Shown here: one piece after another, positions 9,575-22,345 of the stretch
Position numbering within the stretch: the first letter of the stretch is position 1
How the letters are laid out: every line of letters starts with the position of its first letter
NCBI GenBank assembly: GCA_030167865.1
Contig: JALAGF010006034.1
Coordinates: 1 to 46,308, forward strand
Source: Craspedostauros australis
Lineage: Eukaryota
Direction of reading: 5' to 3'
Length of the DNA stretch: 46,308 nucleotides
Notes under the pieces: generated by a model
Told to the model about the DNA's origin: nothing
Database searches by the model: none
Seen by the model: the letters and a program-made list of their open reading frames with translations, nothing else
Position numbers and translations under genes: made by a program

Positions 9575-12116
9575 GCACACCACTCCGGCTAATGCCGACG
9601 AGCTCCTATTCTTGCTGGATCTTGTACCGAAATGTGAGAGAATGATCCCATCGAGAAGCAAAACAACAACCATTTCGAACTCTGTGCATGCGCAGAAACC
9701 CTTACCCGTCCACAGTCCGTAATTTAAAGTTTAACATAGTATACTGTATCGCAACCCATTCAGCAATGGCCGTCACCTCCCAACTACACCCGCACAGTCA
9801 GGACACGATTGCGCCCATGCGGGGATTGAGCATTGTGGAACATCTGACTGTTTCTTGCGCAGCGGAGCATACCCTACCGCGGCAAACTGGCATTCGCGCC
9901 CATGCTCATACGTTGCTCATACGGTACTCATACTCATCATCGTAGGCGCAGGAGGAGACGGGCCGTATCCAGCATCAACGATGGCGACACAGCTCTGGAG
10001 CATTGGTATACAGAGAGCACAGGGACCGCTCCTCTTGCGCACGAGCGGCTGGTTTCGTTGTCTCGCCATCATGATTCACCAGATCACTGCATCGGCACTC
10101 TACGTGCTATCGGAGAAAGTATCGCGCAGAAACTGCCACGACGACACCCCATCGACGTACACAAAAGCGTCCATAGGGCATGGGGTAGCACTGGCTTCAT
10201 GCCGTGATCATACAACGAGCAAAGTGGAGTCTCCGGAGTGTTCTTGTTCGCGACAATCGACCACACAGCGGGCAGCGACATGATGGACATCAAACAAAGA
10301 CCACACGTTGGGCTCACCTCCCCGCAACCCAAGACAACAAAACCACCACACTTCGCTCACCGAACCAGGGCAAAACGACCCCTGGCATCCAACCGCCCAC
10401 CAACCTCTTCAACTCCCGTTTCCATTTTCCCGATCGAAGTTGGCGATCTTCGAGATTACCACATACGTTTCGCACCGCGGAACGGAAAGAAGTCCTCACC
10501 GCAGAACGAAGAAGGAGCGGAGGATCGTCGCCCTTCACAAGCGCCGCACCAATTGTGACTATCCATCACGCAGGGCGGTACTGTACCGCACTCGTATGGA
10601 GCCGACAGTACAGGCACCATGCGTTGCTGGTACGATGGTCTCGCAGCAGAGAATACAATCGGGTATCATGGTAGTCGTACTCGTACGATCCACTATACTC
10701 GTGCTCCGAAACATCGCAGCACAGCAGAACACACGCACAGGACAATAGTATCGTATAGTAGCTCATAGTGCTCGTGCTCTGCGAGAAGGAGGAGCAAGAC
10801 TTGCACTGGCCGACCTCCGCCAACTGAAACGCAACGGAGACCAGGAGGGTGCTGTGGGTGGAGTGGCCGGGATTTTGGCGCCGCGAATGTTGGCGGTGCC
10901 GATGAGGTGAGTGTCACAAGCGTGACATGCGGTTCCCAACGTAAATCTTCGTTTCAATCACCAAAAAAGCGAATCGTGCTAGTGTTTAGTCCCGTTTGAT
11001 GTCACATTCTATCGACTTTGGGTGGTCAGATCATTGTTTTTTTCGATCGCCCAGAAAACACTCCACGTGCGCTGGATGATTAGACTAGGCCGTAGAGAGA
11101 GCGAGAGAGAGAGAAGAGGCAAGCCTGGACCTTGGGTATGTGCCATACCATGCACCCTCATCGGCCCATTCCGAGGACAGTGTATGCACAGAGTACAAGT
11201 AAGAGTACTTGGACGAGCTATGTGCCGAGCAATAAAACATATAATATAATAAGCACGAGTAGTCCCATCTCATTTCAAACAAGAAAGCAATCAATCGATG
11301 AAGAAAGGAGGAGCAGGATTGACTTCTTTCCCTCTCTCTCTCTCTCCCTCTCTCCAGAGACACAGAGAGAGGCGAGGTACCACATGGCACACACGTATCA
11401 CAGCGCAGCGTCATAGATGTCTGGTTTCGCGTGGCTGGTCCAGCGAATGCATTATCACGCAGGGTGGAGGTATCGTGAAACGACCATGTGGCGATGTACA
11501 CCTCTTGGTGCGATGCCATGCATCGCTCTTTGATGGTGTGCGATTGCTCCATTCGTCATCCAGCAAGGACGATGAGGTACATCCAGCTATCATTTCGGCC
11601 GGAATGGAATACATGGTAGCACAATGGATCACGCACACGCGGCCCGCTGCCTGCATGGAGTGAAGCATCAAGACTCCATGTGCTGATGGCCACGGTGGAC
11701 AGGCCAACGATCGTTGCCCTTTCAACCGAGAGATCTCAGCATCGCTTTTCCAAACGTGGCAGTTTGCTGACCCAAGTGTGTACGTACCACTCAGTTGTAC
11801 TCGCACTCGTGTGCCTGTGGTCCCTGGACCTGGTGGTTGCGAAGCGAGCTGTCCAAGGCGAAGATCGCAAAGAGCAGGCAGTCGGCTTGTGACAACAACG
11901 ATCATGGCACGGTGGGAATGTTTGGTGCTGTTCGTACGCTTGACAACAGCAGAGTGCAGCAAAGCGGAGTGTTTTGAAGTATGATACGAGTGCATATGAG
12001 TAGCTTTTATTTGGGGATGCTGTATTATGTTTCCACTGATGCCGTCGATGCAAGTGTGCGCTGCTTCGATGCTCACAGCGTGCGTCCGCAGTGTATGCTC
12101 ATGGCGTTCCACCGTG

Positions 12117-12860
12117 TTAGAGCATTCTGGCTTGGTCCTGTTCGATGGACTTTCTGTACATCGCCATGACGTGGCGCTGGAGGCTCTCGATCTGTTCATT
12201 TGATGGGGAGGCACGTCCAATGGCGTCCAGATGATCCAACGCCCCGCGCATGTAGCCGATGCAAACCGAAGGCCCCGCGCGCTGTTGGTACATTGCCGCC
12301 AATCGTTCTGGCGTCGCGGTGGGAAGCTTTTGCAGCTGAATGACGGCCGCCGTGCACTGGCTCATCCGCCTCGTTCGCTGTGCGCATTGGGAAGGGATGC
12401 AGCGTTCCAGGCCGCGGATGCAGTCATCTTCCACTTCGGCGCAACCCGCCTCGCGGAGCTTTCGCAACGTTTCCATAATACCCTGCTTTGTGCGTCGCAT
12501 GTCATCTTCGGAGAGGTAAAGCTGGCGGGCCTGAAGCGGATTCATGTCAGCACGGGAGGGGATGGGGCGGAACTTGGCAAACTCTGCGAAATGCACGGTC
12601 TTCCTTCTCTTTTTTGGTTGAGCGGGTGGACCGCAGCTGTCGCTGTCGCCGTTGCTTGGATCCCCGGTTTCGGTCTCGGCATGAGCGTCGATGGCTCCGC
12701 CGTTGCTGTCGTCATTGTCGTCGCTGCGGTCGCAGTCAAAGAAGCATCGCTTCTTCATTGCCGATGGCTTGTTGAGCAGCGCTTCGTCGGCCAACATTTG
12801 GGCGGTCTGGTCAGCTTGGGATTGGATGTAGAGTCGTTCGTGTGTTGGTGAATGAAACAT
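12117..12860 (-). CDS. Diatom-type hypothetical protein with RVxF-like (KTVHF) and CxRGLE motifs
   Basis: 247 aa with KKRRKTVHF...IPSRADM...LYLSEDDM...DDCIRGLE...AVIQLQ...PERLAAMY, the pattern of an expanded family seen in diatom genomes. Confidence 0.65.
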   Translation of the reverse strand: MFHSPTHERLYIQSQADQTAQMLADEALLNKPSAMKKRCFFDCDRSDDNDDSNGGAIDAHAETETGDPSNGDSDSCGPPAQPKKRRKTVHFAEFAKFRPIPSRADMNPLQARQLYLSEDDMRRTKQGIMETLRKLREAGCAEVEDDCIRGLERCIPSQCAQRTRRMSQCTAAVIQLQKLPTATPERLAAMYQQRAGPSVCIGYMRGALDHLDAIGRASPSNEQIESLQRHVMAMYRKSIEQDQARML

Positions 12861-15800
12861 GCTTTTTTTGCGCGGTATGATCGTACGAGTGTAGGCTGGT
12901 ATGTTCGCTGGTTGTTGACTTTTGTTTCGTGGGGAGACTGTGAGACGTTGTGTTGACTGGTCTTTGGGACTGTCGAAGTTGTGTGTGTTTCGATGTCAAG
13001 AGGCGTGGCGCAAGATTGTGATTGGATCTGCCTGTCTGCCAGCGTGTGCTGAGGGCGAAAGCGAAAGCTAGAACAGGATCCTGTTGCCCGTATTGTCCGT
13101 ACTGCTAATCGTGCGAGTCCGAGTTCGAGTGCACGTGCGGATGAGGACACAGGCACGAGTACTTGTGGTGTGAATACGAGGCGCTGTAACGTGAGCAATG
13201 CGATGCGTGTCGCTGTTGTCAGTGTGGGCGTGGCGTCGCGGCAATTCCAGTCGGGGCTTTTTAGTGGTGATGTGTTTGGGATGATGAAAGAGGATGGATG
13301 GATGGTATTGTGGTCGGCTCTTCGAGTATAGTATGCTACGTGTTTGAGATGGTGGTGGAGTAGAGCAGCAGCGTTGTGGTATCTCGATTGTGTGTTTGGT
13401 GTTTGGTGTTTGTCCTTTGTCCTTTGTCCTTTGTTCTATTTTGTGCTTCGATGATCCGGAGGGGGTAGGCTCATCCAACAACATCGAAGAAGACCAAAGA
13501 AGGTGCCGATGGTGATGGAGTTGATGAAGGCGTTGAACGCGCGTTGGTTGAAGAGTGGTGGCGATTTCTTGGAAATTCCTGGAGACGCCCTTTGATGACC
13601 ACACGTGTTGTCTGTTTCGCTGTTCTCGCCGCGCGTTGTTTCTCTGCGTTGGCACTTCTTGTGTCTTGGCTTCACCACCACGCCAGTTTTGGCGTTGGAT
13701 GTGTCACACTTTGACAACACATGCACGATTGGCGCAACGAGGCTTCAAGACACGATTGGAAAACGCTCGCTCTGCGGTAACTTGATCAATCGTGACAAGT
13801 GGAAGAAACGCCGCCCGGCCAAACAACGACCCAAACGGTGCCGATCTCATTCTTGTTTGAGAAGGAATGATGTGACAAGCGGCGAAGTCACGGAAACCAC
13901 GAACTCGGTCCGGTCATGATTCTGCGTCTCTCCGAGGCCTTCGGATGCCACATGGGTGTTATCACGAGCGGCACATAGGTCGTGCGCGCAGAGCACCACC
14001 GCAGTGGGAGTAGCATGGATAGCTCGTAGTCGTACCGTACGAGGAACGATGCTGCACGAGTAATACTATTCACGGGTCATCTCCACTCCGCCATGCTGCA
14101 TTCCGCCCATGCTTTGTTCTGCTTTGATCTGCTCTGCTCTGCTGTGTTGTGTTCGATCCAGAGGTGACGTTGGCAATATACAATATATTATCCCATATGG
14201 TGTTGGATAGTAGGGAGATATGATATTATATGTTACAATAGGATACAATCCTGACTGCCACCCTCCCTCTCTCAACCCCATGCGTGGACGACTACGAGCT
14301 ACTTTGTGGTAGTGCCAACTCCTCTTCGTCGCACTCGAGACTACTACGACTATTGCAGTACGAAGCCCGAAGTGATGCTTTCATTTACGTACTCCACTGT
14401 TACGAGCACATCATTGTACATCATCATTGGATAGAGTACTCAAATCGAAGCCACCCTGTCGTCCCGATGGATGCCAACTCCGATCCCCCCACAGAGCAGA
14501 TCCAACTCCAACTCCAAGCGGCTTGCCCAGTGGTCATTGTTTCTTGGTGCTGCGAATCAATAGTTCTTTGCTGGATGTTTTAGCTAGTATAGAATTGTCT
14601 AGTCTCCCTATACTAACATGGTGGAGATCCACTTTGTGTTGAGATGTCGCTGGCCGAAGAACACGCGGAACACAACAGAGAAATGCCACTTTTGCATTCC
14701 CGAATGGGAAACGAGAAAACAAATCCGTGTTTCATTGGAACACGAATGGTGCGAGTACGAGTTTTCACACGCGTCCATTCTCTTTCAATAGAGACCTCGC
14801 ACAAGAACGGTCTCTCGTAAAACCGTGTCGTGCGTTCTTTCAACCACAACATCTCATGACTCAATTGGATTCATTCGAGTACAACGCGTCCCTTCGCTTC
14901 CGTTTTGTTGGTGGTCGTCATTGGCTGCCATCTGGAGCGAAAGAGAACAACTGACAACGAGAACCCCGCTGCTCGCGAGAAGAAGAATCGCATCACGGCT
15001 TCGCTTTGGGAGGTTCGCGATCTTGTTACTGTTCGCATCCATGCTCACATTTGTTGTGAGAATGACAATCGTGATTCCGAAAACAGAGCGGAACATGGTC
15101 CGCAGGAGAGGACCTTTTCGCTGCTTTGGTTTTCGCGTGGGACCGCGTGGGGTGGTTGTGGAGAGCACATCGATGAAGGGGCGACTTCTCGGTTTGTCTT
15201 CGTGTCCACAGACGTGACAAATCCAGATGCACGACGGCCGCGCGACCTCACCGCAACGACTTCAACCTCAACCTCAACACCAACATCAACACCAACGTCG
15301 CCAATGGAGGTCACGGACTTGGAGAGGAACACAACTGCAGCTGCGTTCTGCAATTGCAACCACAGCCGGCCGTCCTTTTTGGTGGACTATCAGCTGCGAT
15401 TGTGGATCTCTGCTCTTCTTCACAACAAAGAGGAAGGAAGATGAATCAAGCACTGCATTGCTGTTCTCGATCGCGCCTCTAAACAGAAAGGCGAACGCGG
15501 AATAGAACAGATTCGATCGTTCTCTTCTGTCTTTCTCTCTGCTCACTCCATCGCCACTCATTATTCCTCCACGGAACAGATACGACCACCATACGATTAC
15601 CGTACCACACGAGTACACCTCCACATGTTGGGTTCGGGTTGCATTTCAAATGCTTGGGTTTGCGCTTTCTCCCTCCCGACGTTCCTCCTTCTCGAATGCA
15701 TGTTCATTCCCACGGTTCTGTGAGAGAGATACCTACCTGGCGTACGTATACGACTACGTACACACCAGTGGAGGCACAGATACGCAAAGAGTGAAGAGAC

Positions 15801-16088
15801 AGAGAGACGCAACGTGATGCAACACACATCCCATCGATGTGGATCATTGGCGAGGGCTCTGCCAGAATCCATCTCAATCTCCTCACAAAAACAAAAGCAA
15901 GAGCAAAGACAACAGCAACAACACAAACGCAAACACCAGCAGCAGCAACAGCAACAATCACACACCAAAGCCATCAGCGCTGCCCCAACCAAAGAACCAA
16001 CTATCAAATCGACCCACCCACCCACCCACCCACCCAATAAAAACAAAATAAAAAAAAACACAAACACAAAAGCACCCCGAAACCAAAC

Positions 16089-19000
16089 ATGACGACCAAT
16101 CCGAAGAAACCAGGAGCAACGGGCACTATGACGCCTCAGGACATCGACGACCTCGTCGCAGTTTCCAAGGCGGCTGAGAAGAAGTTCATGGAGCTCGACC
16201 AGGCTGCTGTGAACAAGATCGTCCATGACATCGCCCACGTCGCCGACAAGCATCGCGTCCCGCTGGCAAAGCTTGCCGTCGAGGAGACCAAGATGGGCTT
16301 GGTGGAGGACAAGGTGCTCAAGAACGGCCTGGCCGCGGAGCTCATTCGTCACCGATACAAGGACACCAAGACTGTCGGCGTCATCGAGTCTGACCCCATC
16401 CATGGAATCACCAAGATTGCGCACCCTGTCGGAACAGGTACGTCGTTCGCACTGCACTGCCGCATCATATGTGTGCTCTTGCAGGCTTGCAGCCGCTCCC
16501 ATTTTCTGCTCTCTCTCGCTCTTCCCCTTGTGCGATTCTATGGAATCAAAGGCTGCCGCGGATACGAACCAGAAAATGTGGCAGCTAGGATGGGTTCAAT
16601 GCAAGTATGGAATCTCTTCTGATCCGCACACCCGCGCGCCCATACACTCACTCACTCACTCACTTACTCGTTTATTCACTCTCGCGTTCATCGAATACCC
16701 ACTCGCGCACATCCAAATGCTCCCTTCCCCCGCATACAAACAGTCGTCTGCATCACGCCATGCACCAACCCCACCGCGACTGCCATCGCCAAATCCCTCT
16801 TCATTGCCAAGACCCGCAACGTCGGCATCTTCCTGCCCCACCCTCGTGCCGCTGCATGCACTGCGGCAGCTGTCAAGGTGTGCCACGACGCCGGTGTCGC
16901 AGCAGGAGCACCATTCGGCTGGGTGCAGTGCGTCCCGAAGCCTACTCTAGCGCTTAGTACCGCCGTGATGAACCACGACTTGGTCAATCTCATCCTAGCC
17001 ACCGGAGGACCCGCGATGGTCAAGGCATCCTACAGCACCGGCCACCCGGCCATTGGTGTTGGATCTGGAAACGCGCCCGTCCTCGTCGACGAGACTGCCA
17101 ACATCAAGCAGGCCTGTGGATCGATCGTGCTCGGAAAGACATTCGACAACGGCATGATCTGCGCCGCCGAGCAATCTGTCGTCATCGTGGACAGCGTCTA
17201 CGACGATCTCAAGACTCGCCTCCAGGCCCGAGGCGTGCACTTCCTCGAGGGCAACGACAAGAAGAAGCTCGAAAACTTCATGATCCGCGACGGGCGCTTG
17301 AATGCTGAGATCGTCGGGCAGGCAGCCAAGAGCATCGCCAAGCGCATCGGCGTGGTCGTGCCTGACACCACCGTCGTCCTTGCGGCGGAGGAGGACAGGG
17401 TCGGCCCCGAGTTCCCGATGAGCCACGAGAAGCTCTCCCCAGTCCTTGCCGTGTACAAAGCGGCGAACTTCGACGAAGGACTGGAGGTCTGCTACCGCCT
17501 TGCCAACCAGGGAGGCATCGGCCATACAGCCGGAATCTATTGCACCGACCAAGCACGCTTGGAGCGGTACGCGGAGAAGATGCCTGTGGGACGCATCCTG
17601 GCCAACATGCCCACGTCCATCGCTGCCATCGGTACCGAGTTCAACAACGAAATCGATCCGTCCTTCACCCTGGGTGTCGGCACGCACGCCGGTTCCAGCG
17701 CCAGCCAAAACGTCGGTCCAATGGACTTGCTCAACATCAAGACCTTGGCCACCCGCCAGGACCACATCGAGTGGTACAAGAACCCACCGGACATCTACTT
17801 CAACCGAGGATGCCTTGAGGAGGCTCTGTCTGACTGCGCCAGACCGCTCCGTGACGGCAAGCGTCTCACACGCTGCATCATCGTGACCGACAAGGTCATG
17901 GGAGTGCTGGGATACGTCGATAGGTTGAAGGATGCCCTGGAGACGGAGGGCTTCACCATCACCGTCTTCGACGACGTCAACCCGGACCCAGACATGGCAA
18001 CCGTGCGCCGTGGTGTCAAGGCCTGCAATCAGTTTCGCCCTGACCTGATGGTCTGCCTCGGAGGAGGATCGCCGATGGATGCCGGAAAATTCATCCGCGC
18101 CATCTACGAGAACCCCGACCTATCCCTCGAGGACGCCGCGGCACGATTCCTCGAGCTGCGCAAGCGCACGTGCCCATTCCCCACCCTCGGCACCAAGATC
18201 CAAAAGATGGTCTGCATCCCAACAACGTCCGGCACAGCCTCTGAGGTAACTCCCTTTTCTGTGATTACCGATGACGATGGCATGAAGCACCCGCTCTTTT
18301 CGTACAAACTGACACCTGACATCGCCATCATTGACTCCACGTTCTGTGAAAAACTTCCGCCCAAACTCGTGGCGTACGCCGGCATCGATGCCATTACCCA
18401 TGCAACGGAAGCCTTCGTCTCCATCGCCTCCAACGAGTTCACAGAAGGGCACGCGCTGAAGGCGCTGGAGCTGCTCGCAGACAACCTCGTCAAGTCCTAC
18501 AAGTACGGCTCCGACGATGCCCGCCAGAACGTCCATCATGGTGCCACGTTGGCAGGGTTGGCATTCTCCAACTCCTTCCTGGGAATTGACCATTCGCTGT
18601 CTCACAAGGTGGGCGCAGCGTTCCACTTGCCCCACGGTCTGTGCTGCGGTATCCTGCTGCCACCTGTGATTCGGTACAACTCCTGCCGCCAGCCAACCCG
18701 CATGGGCATCTACCCAGGGTACGACCACCCGCAAGCCATGGAGGGCTACGCGCGCATCGCTCGCAGCTTGGGCCTTTCCGGAAAGGACGACGAAGAGCTG
18801 ATGGAAGCTTACATCGCGAAGCTCCTCTCCATCTACAAGGAGATGTCCGTCCCGTGCACATTCCAGGAAGCCGGCATCCCCGAGGAGGCGTTCCTCGATG
18901 CGATCGACGACATCGCGGAGCAAGCCTTCGACGATCAATGCACACCAACCAACCCGCGCTTCCCATTGGTCGACGAGCTTAAGGTGCTTCTGAAGATCGC

Positions 19001-19094
19001 CTACTACGGCCCCGACAAGGTGGAAACTGACAGCCACGGAAGTTATCATGTGTTGGAGACGCCAAACGCCGACTCCCCACCATCCTCCACCTGA
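16089..19094 (+). CDS. adhE: Bifunctional acetaldehyde-CoA/alcohol dehydrogenase AdhE (899 aa); exons 16089-16437 and 16744-19094
   Basis: Removing intron 16438-16743 (GTACGT...CAG) restores HPVGTVVCITPCTNPTATAI. The ALDH half has GVGSGN, KTFDNGMICAAEQ (catalytic Cys) and EKLSPVL. The Fe-ADH half has GGGSPMDAGK, PTTSGTASEVT, DAITHATE and GIDHSLSHKVGAAFHLPHG. Confidence 0.95.
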
Positions 19095-19675
19095 GCTCCG
19101 AAGCGTACCTAGAGAGAGAGAGAGGCATGATTTACCATGGTGAGGCATCGAGCATGAGGCGAACGGCAAAGAAGACCTGTTACGTGGAAAAGTCCACGCA
19201 TGCCGGCGACAATCCAGCAACTTTCGCATCTGTCACCAAACGCGCGAAGCCGATCAGCTCCGCAAATCTTGCTGCGGCATGCGATGGGCCATACTTGTAA
19301 CCGCAAGAGAGAGAAAGAAACCAACCGAACGAACAAACAAACAAAAATTAGGAATACAACCAATAAGCTGAGTAGAAAAAGGAAATTTGCATGTCAAGAT
19401 CGCGCAGCTCGTATGGCACGAGTGCGTTGGTACGTGGTGCTAGCGAAGTCAAGAGAATTTACCCATGATCATATGTGCGCATATCCATTCCAGGGAAGTG
19501 TCCATTTGATGGTGTGTGAACGTACGGATGTGCAAACATGCATCATGGACCGGGATGATCGTCTCGGCGTCTGCGTACGAGCTGCTCGTAGTGTGCAGGC
19601 ACGAGTATGGCACGTCGACAAAACAAACAAACGCTTGGCTCCGTGGATTACATACCATCAGTCTCAGTCTCAACC

Positions 19676-20848
19676 TCAATCAGTGTTTGCTTCATTCCGA
19701 CGTCGAGCTGTCGTCGAGTTGTCATCGAGCATAAGTTGGCGCTTTATCTCGTACATCAAATCCGCAACGTATTCAAATTGTTTCTGCAAGCCAATCAGAG
19801 TCAGCGGCGGAACGTGCAGGAACAATGAGTGGGTCGACGGTCCCACTTGCTGTGCAAACTGGGATGGGTGATTGTCACCGCGTTCAGCATTTCTGCCATC
19901 GTCATGGTCGTCTTTGTTGCTATCGGCATGGCCATGATTGGTCGTCTCTGTTGTGTTCGTCGTCCTGAGCAGTTCGAGGCTGTAATAGTAGGTATAATTG
20001 CAAACGAACCTACCCGGATCCTTGCTGGTCTTGATTTCGAACGGCATCATTGCACCGCCGTTCAAATGATGACTGCTGGGTGCCATCGTCTCTGTCTGCG
20101 CACGACTGCTGCTGCTGCTGTTGTTCGAGGAGAATGCCTTGATTTGCCGACCACAAATCTTGCTCAGTGGCAGCGTGGTGATGCTCTTGTGATTCCAGAC
20201 GTACTTGGGATCATGCGAGCTTCTTCGCAACAGATCCGTGGAATTGTTCTTTCCTGTTCTTCCTCCTCCTGCGTCTACTCCTGAGGTTGTTGTTGTTGTT
20301 GTTGTTGTTGTTGCTGCTGCTGTGCTTCTCTGGATTGCACCAAAACCATTCTTGGCGGCTGCATCTATCTCGCAGTGACGAATGATGCATTGCTTCTTCG
20401 GTTGGTACCCCTGCTCGTCCTTGATGCGAAAGGATGCATCGTTGTACGCGCATTCCTCCAGTTGCATCCCCTTCCCTGCGTAATTGACACCCAGATGCAG
20501 CAGCACTAGATGAGATGCGCGTGGTAGATTCGGAATGACGTCGCGCTTGATCCGGTCCAGCGTTGTCTGCACATCGGCCACGGAGGTTTCCATCACGATC
20601 GTCTCCAATAGATGGCGCTCAGCGAGCTCGCTCTTCCATCCAGCATCTCTGTCGGGACGCTCCGAATCCGCATGCGACACCCTGGATGAAGCTGTGTGCA
20701 CGCCGCATAGATGATCGCGCAGTCCTTTGGCCAACCTCGTGGTTGGATTATCATTCACTCCACGGAAGGGACCGAACCCAGTCACAATGAACTGCACGTC
20801 ATCCAAGGAAGAATTCTGGATTGTGTCCTCCATGATATCATCACCCAT
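19676..20848 (-). CDS. Pyroglutamyl peptidase I (peptidase C15) with low-complexity insertions
   Basis: VTGFGPFRGVNDNPT, LHLGVN, LEECAYN (Glu), SKDPGRFVCNYTYYYSL (Cys) and SLFLHVP (His). First in-frame ATG at 20848. Confidence 0.85.
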   Translation of the reverse strand: MGDDIMEDTIQNSSLDDVQFIVTGFGPFRGVNDNPTTRLAKGLRDHLCGVHTASSRVSHADSERPDRDAGWKSELAERHLLETIVMETSVADVQTTLDRIKRDVIPNLPRASHLVLLHLGVNYAGKGMQLEECAYNDASFRIKDEQGYQPKKQCIIRHCEIDAAAKNGFGAIQRSTAAATTTTTTTTTSGVDAGGGRTGKNNSTDLLRRSSHDPKYVWNHKSITTLPLSKICGRQIKAFSSNNSSSSSRAQTETMAPSSHHLNGGAMMPFEIKTSKDPGRFVCNYTYYYSLELLRTTNTTETTNHGHADSNKDDHDDGRNAERGDNHPSQFAQQVGPSTHSLFLHVPPLTLIGLQKQFEYVADLMYEIKRQLMLDDNSTTARRRNEANTD

Positions 20849-22345
20849 CCTTGCATGCAATCTTCTGAAGCCGCGCCGCCGCGTGATTCTCTTTGATTGT
20901 GTCGTTTCTTCATGTGGGTGATGTTGTTTGTGAGTGTGGTGGTGATGGTGGTGGTGATGATGTGTTCTTCCAAGATGTTTTCAATTTGTTTTTGCCCAGC
21001 CTCGGCGGGAGATTGACACACTTGCGTAGTGCAGGCATATATTATGCCAATTAATAAAATGGTAACACTGAGTTAGTATTCCGTGTCTTTTGCACGTTGC
21101 CAGGAGGATGGTTTGTCCTTCAACCGGTTTTGACGCCGTTTGATGTTGAGAACAAAGCTGTATCAGACAATGATGTAACTGTAGTAGACTTGGGAGTAAG
21201 CTGGTAAGATTGTTTCTGATTGCTTGTTTTATGTGTTAAGCTTACTATTGATAGGACGATCGAGTAAAAAGGTGGGGTTCGTGCTGTCGTACTGTAGCCG
21301 TTCTTTGTTGCGCAGCAGCATGCCGTGGTGATCCTGCACACATACAGTCTTCCAGTATCGTCACCCATAGAGCAGCAGCTGATCCATTCACATGGATATG
21401 CTTCAAGATAGATGCATGTTCAACAGAATGACGAGATGGACAGATGGCAGGGGTGCATGAGCTGGAGGGCGAGCAACGCATGGATTGCAGTTCAACTACA
21501 CATCGTGTGTGTGGTAGCCTTTCATCACAGTATCGGTCTTGGGTACCAAATACTGTGTACGCGGAATGGACAGTCAGGTCCCGAGTCAGTCCCGGAGCTA
21601 GTCTGTCCCAACTCACTGTTGGTATCAGAATGGTAGGTGGTATCTAAGCGAATCGTTGCCATCCCATCAGCGTGGTTCCTCTTTGTTTGGATCGATCATG
21701 GGTTCTACGTTAATTAATATATTACATGTACTTTTAACAACAGCACATTATTGTCAAAGTGGTACAATATTTCACCGGTACCCTCCACTCGTTCGTTCTG
21801 TCCGTTTTCATCTTGTCGCGTTGGAGGACGCATGAAATCGTGTTGTTGCCAGGGACACGCTTGGTTCGCACACTGTAGCTCGGGAAACGTGGAAGATGAG
21901 ACCTACAGGCAAAGAGAGATACCAAGAGTACCGGCTTCCACACCGATCTATCACATCTCTTGTATGCACTGAGCCACGGAGGTAGAACATTGCGGCATCC
22001 CCTCATGTCTAATATATTGTGAAGTTATCGATGCAGAGTGCGATGGAGTTGCTCTCCACAAAATCATCCGGCGACTCTCCGTCACCACGAGGCAAAAGAA
22101 AAGGGAGGCACCCCGAAGGCTACATTTGCTGCCGATCCTCGCACTCAGTTGGATTTTGCTACCATACTCCTGCTCTGCTAGAGAGGCTCTTCTCGAGAGT
22201 AGAATACGAATTTGATTGTGCTGGCACTCCATGTTGCATTGCGAGCATTGAAACAAAACCATTCAAATGAAGAAGATACACCGGAGCATCACTGTATTTC
22301 AGTCGTTGCAAGATAGCTCTCCTCGTATGCAGGTACAGTGACAAG

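Noticed and set aside
9700..12100. Several 100-270 aa ORFs
   Set aside because: No recognisable motifs, overlapping frames and no coding-like bias. Treated as intergenic, though a small gene cannot be excluded.
13000..16080. ORFs such as 14825-15217 and 14905-15444
   Set aside because: No domain signal or convincing start. The region is rich in simple repeats and looks like UTR or promoter sequence.
16089..19094. Bacterial contamination as the source of adhE
   Set aside because: It contains a frame-restoring GT-AG intron, and its codon style and flanks match the neighbouring eukaryotic genes.
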